The notes below the pieces were generated by a model. The model made no database searches and was not told where the DNA came from. It worked only from the letters and a program-made list of their open reading frames with translations. The translations under genes and the position numbers were made by a program. Positions 40,624-53,026 of a stretch of DNA of 64,000 bases are shown piece by piece (the stretch's first letter is position 1; each line of letters opens with the position of its first letter). This DNA comes from Eledone cirrhosa (taxonomy: Eukaryota). The DNA is taken from the NCBI GenBank assembly GCA_964016885.1, contig OZ024755.1, forward strand, positions 18,910,001-18,974,000, written 5' to 3'.

Positions 40624-40808
40624 TGGTGGATTAGCAGTATCGGTAGAGGGTCGGACGCCATGCTTTCCAGCATAGTTACGTCCCTTTACGATCTGAGTTC
40701 AAATCCCGCCGAGGTTGACTTTGCCTTTCATCCTTACGGGGTCGATAAAATAAAGTACCAGTAATGCACTGGGTAATTGCTGGCCTTGTGCCTAAAGTAG
40801 AAACAATT
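40624..40808 (+). mobile_element. SINE family A
   Basis: Full-length young copy. Confidence 0.9.
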
Positions 40809-40886
40809 ACTATATATATATATATATACACATGCCTATATATATATATATATATACACATGCCTATATATATATACATATATATA

Positions 40887-41399
40887 TATAAAATTGAGAT
40901 AAGCGGAGCAAGCAAGATTCAAACAATTTTTTTAAATAAATTAAAAAATATAATTTAAATATTTACCTATTCTAATTGCTTTTACCGATCGGTTTCACTT
41001 CACAAAAGATTGGAGATCCCTAGGGACTTCCAATGGAAAAGTTTAGATCATCAGAAAGCATTTTGCTTTCCTAGGACAAAAAGTCCCAGGAACGGCAAAA
41101 TATATTGCCATCTGCCAGCTAGCACAGGATCAAATGGGGCCGAAAATTTGACCTATGCACGAACCAGTCCGTAGTATAAGCGGAAGTAAACATAGACGTG
41201 TTGTCTACCTCGCCATTAAAAATAGCAGCTAAATAGAACAGATTCGTTCTCTACATAACGGAGAATATTAAAAGAAGTCAATATCCCCACAGGTACTAAG
41301 TACCCCTGGAAATATATAGGGTGTCTATGATACAGTGGTTGTTCTATGGTATTAATTTGACATACCAGAACTATAAAATTGAGATAAGCAGAGCAAGCA

Positions 41400-41403
<4 letters not shown>
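40887..41403 (-). mobile_element. Non-coding hammerhead-bearing element with 32-bp terminal direct repeat (retrozyme- or pLTR-like)
   Basis: tataaaattgagataagc(g/a)gagcaagcaagat at 40887-40918 and 41372-41403; (TA)n on both sides. Confidence 0.65.
40977..41060 (-). ncRNA. Type I hammerhead ribozyme
   Basis: UGCUUU CUGAUGA [51-nt helix II region with UUGGA..GUCCC/GGGAU..UCCAA] GAAA CCGAUCGG UA AAAGCA; palindromic helix III ACCGAUCGGU; base of helix II poorly paired. Confidence 0.75.
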
Positions 41404-41462
<59 letters not shown>

Positions 41463-41465
<3 letters not shown>

Positions 41466-41823
41466 TTGCGAGGTTTTTTATATGAAATCGTGTGTCGAAA
41501 CAAATATTGTTATACTTGGGGAGGGTCATATTTGTGTAATATTGCCAGAATTAATAACAGAACACACTCACTGTTTGGTTGGTTTTCGCTTCTCGCTGTC
41601 TTTTATATCGGTAATCTAACTTACTCAGTCCTCAATGTTGCCATTGACTGTATCTGTATTATTTTTTACCGTCGGTCAGTCAATGGCAACATTGAGGACC
41701 GAGTAAGTTAGATTACCGATATAAAAGACAGCGAGAAGCGAAAACCAACCAAACAGTGAGTGTGTTCTGTTATTAATTCTGGCAATATTACACAAATATG
41801 ACCCTCCCCAAGTATAACAATAT
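41463..41823. mobile_element. Probable Penelope-like relic with about 148-bp near-perfect inverted arms
   Basis: 41503-41650 versus 41676-41823, 25-bp spacer; GAAAC remnant at 41496; (TA)n flanks; related fragment at 42195-42300. Confidence 0.65.
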
Positions 41824-42499
41824 ATATATATATATATATATATGCCTATATCCAGACATATATAGATGAATGTGTAGTTAATTGGTGGAGCAAGTAATAC
41901 AACATTATTCAGATATTATATAGAAGAGGAAACAATGTGCCAGAGAGATGAGAGCCAGACATGTAGATAGATATAGCTGCACACATAGAGATAGGATAGA
42001 TAAAATATATAAGAGGTTGAGGTAGCACCCTATTTAGACCTTGGAGGGGAAGGGCTGTGCGACAAGGGGAGCTCAGGGCATTCACCCCCACCCCTGCCCC
42101 TGAGTAGAGGAAGAAGGTAGATGTAAGAAAGATTAAAAATTAAAAATAGGTTTTTTTTTTGTTTTTTTTTTCGTTTTTATATTTGCTTTTCAAGATTTTT
42201 GATGTGAAAACTTGTGTTGAAACAGATATTGTTATACTCTGGGAGGGTCATGCTGCCAATAAAAACACATGCACTGGTTGAGTTCCACTTTAATTTATTG
42301 TTTTTAACCAATGAAATACAAAGTGAGAACACATTAAAAACAAATGACTGAGATTAATGAGTAGCCATACATATGGATGTATGGATAAAGAGTTTACTTC
42401 AAAATCATGTAGTTTCTGGTTCAATCCCACTGCATAGCAGCATGGGCAAGTGTCTGCTATAGCCTCAGATAAACCAATGTCTTGTTAATGAAATTTGTA

Positions 42500-42752
42500 G
42501 ATGCTGAAGCATGGAACAAATTACCTGCATCAGTTGTTAGCTGTTGGGACACTGCATCCTTCAAAACTTCCATGCTTCCCGAATTCACCAACTCTACACC
42601 TAATAATTCCCCCTCCATACACACACAAACATGTATCTGTATGTATATCATGACTCATACTCTGTTCACTGACATTTTTACATTATTCTATGTACTATAG
42701 ATGCACTTTTGATGAGTTGTAGTGCACCTGAGCCCTGTACACAATAATGTTG
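42500..42752 (+). pseudogene. CR1/L2-type LINE 3' end
   Basis: EAWNKLPASVVSCWDTASFKTSM (WNxLP motif) followed by 3' UTR shared with 54877-55068. Confidence 0.75.
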
Positions 42753-42792
42753 TTATATATATATTATATTATATATAGTGGATATATATATA

Positions 42793-42973
42793 GGGCGGTG
42801 GATTGGCAGTATCAGTAGAGGGTCGGATGCCATGCTTTGCAGCAAAGCCCTTTATGGTCCGAGTTCAAATCCCACCGAGGTTAACTTTGCCTTTCATCCT
42901 TATGGGGGTCGATAAAATAAAGTACCAGTAATACACTGGGATAATTGCTGGCCTTGTGCCAAAAGTAGAAACT
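42793..42973 (+). mobile_element. SINE family A with probable TSD tattatattatatatagtgga
   Basis: Family motifs; direct repeat at about 42762 and 42974. Confidence 0.85.
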
Positions 42974-43843
42974 ATTATATTATATATAGTGGAACTATAT
43001 ACACAATAGTTTGTGGCACTTGGTGTTTCTTATGCATTCTAAGTTCAAAAGTGGAAAGAGAGATAGGAGTAAGAAAGATTTAGAAAGTTAGGAAAATAGA
43101 AAATATTTCAGATGAATAGCATGTATTGGTTTTTTTATTTTTTATTTTAAACAAATGAGATAAAAAGTGGAGGAGAAATATCTATAAAGACCATGAATAA
43201 CTGAAGAAATAAATAAAAAGTAAAGTCAGAAAAACTGCAACAGATTAAAATGTAAGGAAACCAATTTTGTTTTCTCTTATTTTTTTAAAATCAATGGATG
43301 TGCAAATCAAGGGATGTGCAAATCAAGGGATGTGCAAATCAAGGGATGTGCAACAAGTGATTGCTAACAGGATGTTAAATATTTGAAATGAAGAAAACAC
43401 ATTGATAATATATCCTGCTGACAACTTCTTCACTAAACTGAAAAACATGAAGAGTTGGGTCTTGTTTTGTTTTTTATAACTAATTTTTCTGGTATTTCAT
43501 TTTGAAAGATCTTTGGATGAGAAAAGAATCAAGAAATTATTTCAAAATTTCTCATATAAATAAATAGATAAATAGAATGGGGGAGGGGCTAATGTTAGGG
43601 AGAGCATCTAACTGTAGAACCCCATGCCAAAACTGCAATGTATGTGAGGGGTTTAGTTAATTACACTAATAACTAAACTAGATTTCTCATTATCAAACTG
43701 ATGTAAGAAACATAATTTAAGGGTTCTCACATAAAATTATGGTAGAAGATCTTAAGATATATATATATATGTGTGTGTGTATGTGTGTGTGCGTGTGTGT
43801 TTGTGTGTGTGTATACATGTGAGCCTGTAGGTTTAGACACCTA

Positions 43844-43932
<89 letters not shown>

Positions 43933-44735
43933 ATGTATCTATATATATATATTTATGTGTATATATATATATTTATGTATATGTGTGTGTGTGTGTAGGT
44001 TTAGATATCTAGTTACTAAGTGAAGCCGGTATTGAGTACATGGGTGGAGTTATTAATGGAAATATATAATGAATCTGGTAATTATAAATATATCCTAATT
44101 TCTGTTGTTGTGGTTATTCTTGTTGATGCTGCTGTTTAATCCTTTCATGGCCATATTTCTAATTAAATACACTGTATTTCAATTAACTAATGAAGATTTT
44201 GCAAGGATTTACCAAAATTATTAATTATTTCCTTATTAAGATGGTATTCATAACATAGAAAGTGTTTCTATTTAAATTAAAATATTCCAACATTACTTTT
44301 ACTAACGAGCTGCTGTTTCATAGTTTTGAGGGTTGGTGACGAGTAATGGTGGTGGTGGTGGTGACGATTAGGGTATCAAAAGAGTTAATCTCAGATCAAC
44401 CTTAATCAAGTAGACCTACATTTATTACTGGGACCAACTAATTATTCTCAGAGTATTCTTGATTACATTATCTACTGTCTCCTATCTTTGAAAAAGATTT
44501 AGTAATTATATTGAGCAGATCAAGTGACTGCTTAAAACAGACATTGGTAACCTTTTTTCAAGCATAAGTTGGGCCACACTTCTGAAAAATTCAAGGTAAT
44601 TTTGAAATTAGGTGGGCCATTCAGAAAGCCAAATGGGCCACATATGGCTCTTGAGCCACAGTTTGACCATTACTGACTTAGAGGTTTGTCATTGGTTTAT
44701 TATAATTTATGCCAAAAATGGAATGTATGAGTAAG

Positions 44736-44916
44736 ATAATTGTTTCTACGTTAGGCACAAGGCCAGCAAATACCCAGTGTATTACTGGTACTTTATTTTA
44801 TCGACCCCGTAAGGATGAAAGGCAAAGTTGACCTCGGCGGGATTTGAACTCAGAATGGCAAGGGCCGTAACTCTATGCGCCAAAGCATGGCATCCGACAC
44901 TCTACCAATGTGTCCA
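44736..44916 (-). mobile_element. SINE family A
   Basis: Family motifs. Confidence 0.9.
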
Positions 44917-44999
44917 ATTAAGAGGCATGTAACTCCAAATAAGAACTAACTCAGACCATGTCAACCTTTCCAACCCATACTAGTATAGAAAAAAGGTCT

Positions 45000-45180
45000 C
45001 TAAAGTCTGTCTCAAGCTTGGAGGTTTATCAGGCCAGTGCTTACCCCAGTTTCTGCAGCGTTAAGCGACTGAGAGTACGAGACTTCTGCCTGTTTGTCGC
45101 AGGGTTAAACCCCCACCTACTACTGCTGGTAGTCATTTTCAGCTGAGTAGACAGGAACAACGTGAAATGAAGTGTTTTAG
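45000..45180 (-). mobile_element. SINE B variant fragment
   Basis: Similar to 11955-12185. Confidence 0.7.
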
Positions 45181-46635
45181 GAAAGTGGATGTAAAACCAT
45201 AAGGATAATGATGCAGGTAAGTTGAGATTTTACAGAATGTTTTGTTTTTTTTCATTTATACTATAGAGTTCAACTCCCAAGATTTTTATCACATATCTAT
45301 TTCAATATTTCTCTGATAATAATCTTACGCTGCTATTTTAATAATGTAATGGTTCATGAAAGAAATGGTATCCAGCATCTAAATATACAATTTCAAATTT
45401 TAAGAAAAACTTTCTCAATAATAATAGCCAAATATCCAAATAAAATATCTGCCGTTAAATCTTTCGAAAATACCCATATTCTAAACATAATTGTCTCCTT
45501 TTTCTTTTTACTTTTTCCCTTTGTGATGTCAAAAATAGATGTCTTAATTTACAGTGTGATTTTTAACTTCTAAGATAAAGAAGTAAGAAAAATATTTATG
45601 GATAAAATGATAAGGGTATCAGATAAAAATGTTTATGGATAAAATGAAAAGGGTATCAGAAGGAAATGTTTATGGATAATATGAAAAGGGTATCAGACAG
45701 AAAACTTTTATGTAAAGAGCAGGCAAATATTACTATTATACTTCTCAAGCTGTATTGACAACTCTTCACAAAATAGTTCTTTTTTAAATATTTGTTAAAA
45801 GTTGGTTTCATGACTTGACATAAATGTGGAATTATTTTCATTTTTATTTCAAAAGGTCAACTTGTCTGGGAGATGAAAAACCACAGGAATAAATATCAAA
45901 TGAGAGCGGCGACTAGAACAAAAAAAAATATGAAACACACACACACACAGACACATCCTCACAGAGACACATCCACACAGACACACGCATAAAAACATAC
46001 AATATAAATGACAGTCACATAGAAAATAACCATAAGTTAAAATATACACACACCAAGAAATATAAATATATAAATGCAAACATGCAATCTCCAAGTGAAC
46101 TTCACAGAAATGTCACATACTCATAAAAAATAACAATTCTGTAGAAGAAAAGGAAGACTTAAGAAAAAATGCAGCACTAAGCATGTGTGGGGGGTAGGAT
46201 GAAAGAGAGAGAGAGAGAGAGATAGGGATAGAGAGGCAAACCACATCTGTTCAATAGTAAATATATTCTAAAAGATCACTGAACAAATAACACAGTAATA
46301 TAAGACAATATTTTCTATCTACTGTTAGTGGGGAAGATGGAAGTTAAATGATGCTCTTAGGCCAGAGTAAATTTATAGTACAATCAGTTTTCTTATTAAA
46401 GTATTCCAGTAGAAGAAATATGATGAAAGTTATCTTCATATTATCATCATTGTCGTCTCCATTGTGGTTTTTATGTCTGATTTTCCATGCTTGCATGGGT
46501 GGATGGAACTTTTTGAAGCAGTTTTTATGGTTGAATGCCCTTCCTGACACCAACTCTTTTAGTTGCTTCTTATGACATGCAGATATACAGAGTATTTATT
46601 CAATGCAAACTAAATAGCAATAAATCTTTGATTAG

Positions 46636-46856
46636 CTCTTTAGCATTTAAACTGGCCATATCCTGCCAGAATTCTCTCACCTCTTTCTGTTCAAACCTGC
46701 CATAACCGGCCACTCATACTGATGTTAAGGTATTGTTCCCAAAATAAATAATATCAAAATCTCATAGATTCGATATTATGTGAGATAATTATGTGAGGTG
46801 AAGCCTTTACTGTGAAAATACAATAGTAAACATAGAGTAATGTAAATGCTAAAGAG
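46636..46856 (+). mobile_element. MITE family 1
   Basis: TIRs ctctttagcattta / taaatgctaaagag. Confidence 0.85.
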
Positions 46857-47595
46857 TTAAGGTTACATGTGTCTATGGAATGCCCAGCCACTTATACATC
46901 AATTTCATGAGTCTTACTAGTCTAAATTGGTAACTCCTAATGTGTGTGTGTGTGTGTATATATATATTTATATATATACATACATACACACACATATATA
47001 TATATATACATATACATATATAGCAGGGAAACCTTATGCTAGTGCTAGTCCCATCAACTTATTAATATATATATACATATACACATTTATGAATGCAATC
47101 TACATAAATCCTGTACACTGTTTCTCTTCCCATTTTCCCCTCCCATCTGCCAAACGATTGCTTCAACTGTTTTCCTTTCATCTGCCACTGTTCATTCACA
47201 ATATTGCCCTCTTCCTGTCATTAATGATTTAATCTAACTGAAATATTAAAAAACAAACTCTAAACTGTTATGTCATATCACTAACTTTTCTTCTTAGTTA
47301 AATTTTATCTTACTTCACTTGTATTTCATTTATATTCTTGGTTTCTCCATGTACTTAACAGTGGAAGAAAAGATTTATGATTTTAAAGATGTTTATTTTT
47401 TCCTTCCACCTTTAATGTCAAATTATGATTGGTTAAAGATGGTGATCTCATGTCGGGTGAAAGAACATAAAGTGCATTCGTAGATACGAAAATGCATGTA
47501 TTTATGTGTATATATATATGTTGAGTGTGCATGTGTGGGTGAATGTGTATATATATATATATATGTACATACATGTGTGTATGTGTTTGTGCATG

Positions 47596-47651
<56 letters not shown>

Positions 47652-47791
47652 CAAAGATTAATATGATTCATTGATTACTCAATGAATATGGTTTTACAAT
47701 AGATTAAAAGCACTCTACAATGAAGTTTTCTGGAGTTAGTAATATTATCCAAAATATTAATAAATGAATACGTTCACATAATCAAAATATG

Positions 47792-47853
47792 TTTTATTAT
47801 ATATATTTCGGAGGTACTGTGCTGTTTTTTCAGTGCGCCCTCATCAAATAAAA
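47792..47853 (-). ncRNA. Minimal type I hammerhead, C3U core variant
   Basis: UUUUAU UUGAUGA GGGCGCACUG..CAGUACCUCC GAAA UAUAUA UA AUAAAA. Confidence 0.6.
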
Positions 47854-48546
47854 TATATGAATTGATGTATGACATACCTCAACTGTCTTGATGGTTCAAT
47901 TTCAGTCTTTTGAATAATACATATATATATATATCGTGGCTGCCAACTCATTTTCGAGTACGGCCACTACTTTATATCCATGTAGGAGAAACCCTACCGA
48001 AGCGCTGAACGATTGTGACTTTTTAGTCCAGCCAGCGACTTGAAAACTCTGGTACAAACACTACACCTGTGACAATTATTGACACATAGTGCTGGGCCCA
48101 TGGTACCATGTGACGACAAGTGCAGAGAGATCTCCAGATATAAAGCAATTCCTGTGCCGTGAAGCTTTTATAGTGAGCAAAGGCACTGCACAAAGCCAGT
48201 CCCACTCTCTTAACCAAGATGATATTTACCAAAAAGAAGAACAAGTCAACATCATTGGATACCATCAGGGTTGCAGGTGTTATATCACAGTTTTCCTTCT
48301 CCTAGAATTCTGCCTTGACAAAGGCTAAGGGGTCATCTCACCCGGATATATATATATATATATATATACATACATACACACACACACACATATATATATA
48401 TGTGTGTGTGTGTACATACATTTCTGTATATATTCCCATGCGCTCTTAGATTCTATTGTGTATGCAAGTGAATATATATTTACATTTAGTCATATTTGAA
48501 GAAACTCAAGTTTTTTGTTAATACACTGTAGCTTTATGTGTATGCA

Positions 48547-48592
<46 letters not shown>

Positions 48593-48803
48593 TGTGTGTG
48601 TGTATGTGGGTTGTTAGGTATTTATATGCATGCATTTATATATATGTGTTGTTAGGTACTTCATAAAACGTGCATTATATTATTACTATTATGATTTTAT
48701 TAATCAAATTTCAAATTTATATAGAATTCACTAGAAAATATTTTACAGTGGATGACTTAAGATGAAACACATTTTTCTTTCTTGGTTCATTATTTAAACA
48801 AAA

Positions 48804-48989
48804 GGCAGTGGATTGGCAGTATCGGTAGAGGGTCGGACGCCATGCTTTGACGCATAGAGTTACGGCCCTTGCCATTCTGAGTTCAAATCCCGCCGAGGTT
48901 AACTTTGCCTTTCATCCTTACGGGGTCGATAAAATGAAGTACCAGTAATACACTGGGTAATTGCTGGCCTTGTGCCTAACGTAGAAACA
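48804..48989 (+). mobile_element. SINE A with 13-bp TSD
   Basis: attatttaaacaa at 48789-48801 and 48990-49002. Confidence 0.9.
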
Positions 48990-49566
48990 ATTATTTAAAC
49001 AAGAGAATCGCTGTCATATTCCATCACTAAACTCTAAATCAAAACTTATACAGTGTACACTTCACTCAAACTTCTAGTACTGCATGTATTAAATTTACAA
49101 ATGTTTAGCTGAGGAAAATATGTCTTATTTATAATAAAGTCATCATTACAGGGTTTATTTCTTATTTATATCTTCATGGTGTCATGGGTTGGACAGGTCA
49201 TCAAAGTCAAAGCCTGAGAGTAGATGAGTTGGAGAACTATGTCTTGCATTTGTGTTCTTTGTGTTGGTATAGATTTCTCTGAAACCTTACCTAATGCCAA
49301 CCACTTTCCAGAGTGTTTATTGTGGGCCCCCAACACTACCATTTCACATCCCTAACCACTTTATAGAATGTACAGGGTGCATTTTACTGTGACACTAGCA
49401 CTAATGCATTTGTTATATTCTTTAAATGACTGAAGAGTCAGTCCTCCCAATCTTTTGCTAGGCAATTATTTCAGTGGCTGGATGCTCCATCAAATGCCAA
49501 CTACTTTACAGAATGTATTGGGTCAATTTTTTTATGGCACCAGCACTAGAGAGCATGTCATATCTA

Positions 49567-49624
<58 letters not shown>

Positions 49625-49665
49625 CGAAACATAAGTCAATTGCATGAACTCATAATCCTTTATTT

Positions 49666-49721
49666 ACTGCTATATATATTTCGATGATAGCCATTGAATG
49701 GCTATGACCTCATCAGGCAGT
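49666..49721 (-). ncRNA. Minimal type I hammerhead ribozyme, complete core
   Basis: ACUGC CUGAUGA GGUCAUAGCCA UUCAA UGGCUAUCAUC GAAA UAUAUA UA GCAGU, followed by AAUAAA. Confidence 0.85.
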
Positions 49722-49803
49722 TAGTCAGTTCTTAGATATGCCAGCTCTGTGTTTATAGTGTTGATGGTATCAGAGCCTTGGAACAAATATTGCCCACACC
49801 CTG

Positions 49804-49869
<66 letters not shown>

Positions 49870-49873
49870 TATA

Positions 49874-50375
49874 TACGGGGTGCGGGCAATATTTGTTCGT
49901 AATTTTCAACTGCTAATTTTATGCCAATTTTTTTTACTTCCGTTGTCACTCTGGTCTTCATAAAAACAGTGACTATATTTCCATTATTTATTTTCAGAAT
50001 AATTGATTATGAATAATTTTGAACCTCCAAATTTGTGGAAGAGACACGGAGTTCTTCTTGGAATCCGTGCCGGGAGGACAAATAAGAGCAGAAGATCAAC
50101 TCCCAGAACAACAAGTGGCTCGCTGTCTCATCCAAAGACGTGCCCAGAGTCATGTAGACAAAGTTTCCAGCGACAACATTGATCTTAGGTGTCGTCAGCA
50201 GTCAAGGTGACGTCATGCCACCTCACTTCTTCTCTGAGAGCCTCAAACTGAACATCGATGGCTACATCCGCATTCTGAGCGAGGTAGTAAAGCAATGGAT
50301 CGACCAGGTAGCTGCAGGTAGGCCGTACGTATGGCAGCAAGACTCAGCGCCCTGCCATACCAGCCAAAAGACCTA
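49874..50375 (+). mobile_element. Internally deleted Tc1/mariner element (maT/DD37D-like)
   Basis: TA plus TIR cggggtgcgggcaatatttgttc; N-terminus MNNFEPPNLWKRHGVLLGIRAG at 50009 joined out of frame to QKINSQNNKWLA..DVPRVM*TKFPA..ILGVVSSQGDVMPPHFF...YVWQQDSAPCH. Confidence 0.85.
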
Positions 50376-50700
50376 TTTTGTTAGAGATGCCTACTGACTG
50401 TAGTAGGTTTTACTTTGTATTTAGGTAAGGCGGGTCTTCTCTATTACTGAGTACCGCCAAAGGTCTCGGTCCAGTGACATTGTCTTGGTGAGGTGTAAGT
50501 GTGTGAGGTCGGAGTTTATCAGCTCGTCCCAGGTTTTTCTGGGTCTGCCTATTCCGTGGCTACCGTCTATCTTTATTGCCCTGCACTTTGTTATACAGCT
50601 ATCGTCCTTCATGCACATCACATGACCATACCAACGTAGCCTTCTCTCTAGTAAACAACACCTGATCCCTCTTATTTCTAATTTTTTCCTTAGTTCGTTT
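50376..50700 (-). pseudogene. RTE LINE ORF C-terminus and start of 3' UTR, truncating the mariner
   Basis: NELRKKLEIRGI...RRLRWYGHVMCM...GRPRKTWDELI..DL...DRDLWR. Confidence 0.9.
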
Positions 50701-51300
50701 ATATATATATATATCATTGCTATTTAATGTCCATTTTTCCATGCTAACATGGGTGCGTATGTGAGAGAAGGGAGATATGAGTTACAATAACAATTTGCTT
50801 AGATATATATTTCCACACACATGCATCGTGTATATATGTATTTATGTTTTATATATGTATGTTTATATATCAGCCCACCCAGCCATATACACGCACTGCT
50901 TGTATTTGCCATTTGCTCATCATGAAACAAGATGAAGAAAAATGAAAAAAAAAAAATAAAAACCTACAAATGATATGTTTGCTCTTTCCATTCTGTGAAC
51001 CTAGCTTGATCTTGTTGGTTGATGAGTTATCAAAAATGATGCGTTTTTCATCTAATCCTTGCAGACACACGCAAAGAAAAACTTAAATTCTTCATTCCTA
51101 GGAATTACTGAAAGTTTAATCTCATAGTTTATACAGGGATTGGAAGGAAAACAATTTTAAAGTATCAGACTTTTTACTATGGTGACTGGTGTAGGGATGA
51201 TATTGATGAACATGGTAGGGATAATGGGGATGATGATAGCAAAAACATTGATGAGGAGAAAAAAGATATATAAAATATCAATTTTCTTTTCTTCGTCTGA

Positions 51301-51905
51301 ATAATAATTGTTTCTACTTTTGGCACAAGGCCAGCAATTACCCAGTGCATTACTGGTACTTTATTTTATCGACCCCGTAAGGATGAAAGGCAAAGTTAAC
51401 CTTGGCGGGATTTGAACTCAGAATGGCAAGGGACGTAACTCTAAGCGTCAAAGCATGGCGTCCGACCCTCTACCGGTACTGCCAATCTGAATAATAATGG
51501 TTTCTGATTTAGGCACAAGGCCAACAATTTGAGGGTAGAAGAAAGTCAATTAAATCAACCCTAGTGTGTTACTGGTACTTTATTTTACTGACCCTGTAAG
51601 GATGAAAGGCAAAGTTAACCTTGGCAAGATTTGAACTCAGAACTGTATGCTTGCAAAACATGTCGTTCAATGCTTTACTGATACTGCCAATCCACATCCT
51701 TTTAATGGGGAGAATAATAACTGTTTCTTCTTTTGGCACAAGGCCAGCAATTATCCAGTGCATTACTGGTACTTTATTTTATCGACCCCGTAAGGATGAA
51801 AGGCAAAGTCAACCTCGGCGGGATTTGAACTCAGACCGTAAAGGGACGTAACTATGCTGGAAAGCATGGCGTCCGACCCTCTACCGATACTGCCAATCCA
51901 CCGCC
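51301..51905 (-). mobile_element. Three tandem SINE A copies
   Basis: 51301-51486, 51490-51700 (older subtype), 51713-51905; direct repeat tctgaataataat at 51296 and 51486. Confidence 0.9.
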
Positions 51906-52209
51906 TGTCACAGTAAAATGCACCCTGTACATTCTATAAAGTGGTTAGGGATGTGAAATGGTAGTGTTGGGGGCCCACAATAAACACTCTGGAAAGTGGT
52001 TGGCATTAGGTAAGGTTTCAGAGAAATCTATACCAACACAAAGAACACAAATGCAAGACATAGTTCTCCAACTCATCTACTCTCAATGGGGAGAATAATA
52101 ACGGCAGACAAACAAGTTTTTAAGGCCATTTTCCCAGCTAAAGCAGGGTTTATTCTTCTCCTTTTTCCCTATACACTGTACCCCTCCTTTGCTTTCATTT
52201 CCTCCTCCA

Positions 52210-52490
52210 TCATCGTTAGCTGAGCCATGTCTTTCTTGGCCATTAACTTCCTCTACTTCCTTCCACATACATTTCAATCACACCTATCACCCAGTCATTT
52301 TCATCCTTTCTCAACACATGACCCATCCATCCCTATTGCCATCATCTTCTCCAATTGATTATTTGTCTTCCATTCTCTCTCATCTCACCCACAAAACCTT
52401 TATAATTTCTGTTCTTTCCAGCCTTTTCTGTTGCTTCATGTTTAACAGCAAGATCCCGGCACTTCTCACACATGTAGCACACACCTCTCC
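52210..52490 (-). pseudogene. Decayed RTE ORF C-terminal fragment
   Basis: KRLERTEI ... WMGHVLRKDENDWVIGVIEMYVEGSRGS*WPRKTW. Confidence 0.7.
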
Positions 52491-53026
52491 CTTCAGTTTC
52501 AGCAACACCCCCTCTCCCCACTAACATGACCCCTCGATTGCTGGAAGAAATAAATAAATAAAAACTTACTAAATAATACTAAATAGCAAAAGGAGAGAAA
52601 GATTTGAAGAAGATTTTGAAAAATAAAATAGATATACTTTGGTTTCATAAGTTAGGATATGTCATTTGCAGGAGAAATTGGCTGCTATTTCTAGCAAGCT
52701 GGTTCCTGATTTTTATCTTGACTAAGCTGTTTGTCAAGAGACATACTTATAAAATTAAAAATAACTTATAGATTTGAAATTCTATCATATAATCAAATAA
52801 GAGTGGCTACTTGAAGAGATTAACATCATAAATGGTTATGGTTCAAGAGATCTCATTTTAACCTTGACATCATCATGAACAGTATTGTAACAATCAATGT
52901 TATTATTTGTTTATTTTGTTGGTTTTACGGAGTAATACTATAATTTGTTTGCTGTTGATTATATATATATATTTTAAAAACTTTTTTACATCCCTTCTCC
53001 CCACCTCTTTTCAATATCTTCTTTAA

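Noticed and set aside
40624-40715. tRNA gene
   Set aside because: A and B boxes belong to a SINE head and continue into the SINE body; no clean cloverleaf
45212-45221. Consensus splice donor cag|gtaagt
   Set aside because: Upstream sequence is repeat-derived with no acceptor or open exon; expected by chance
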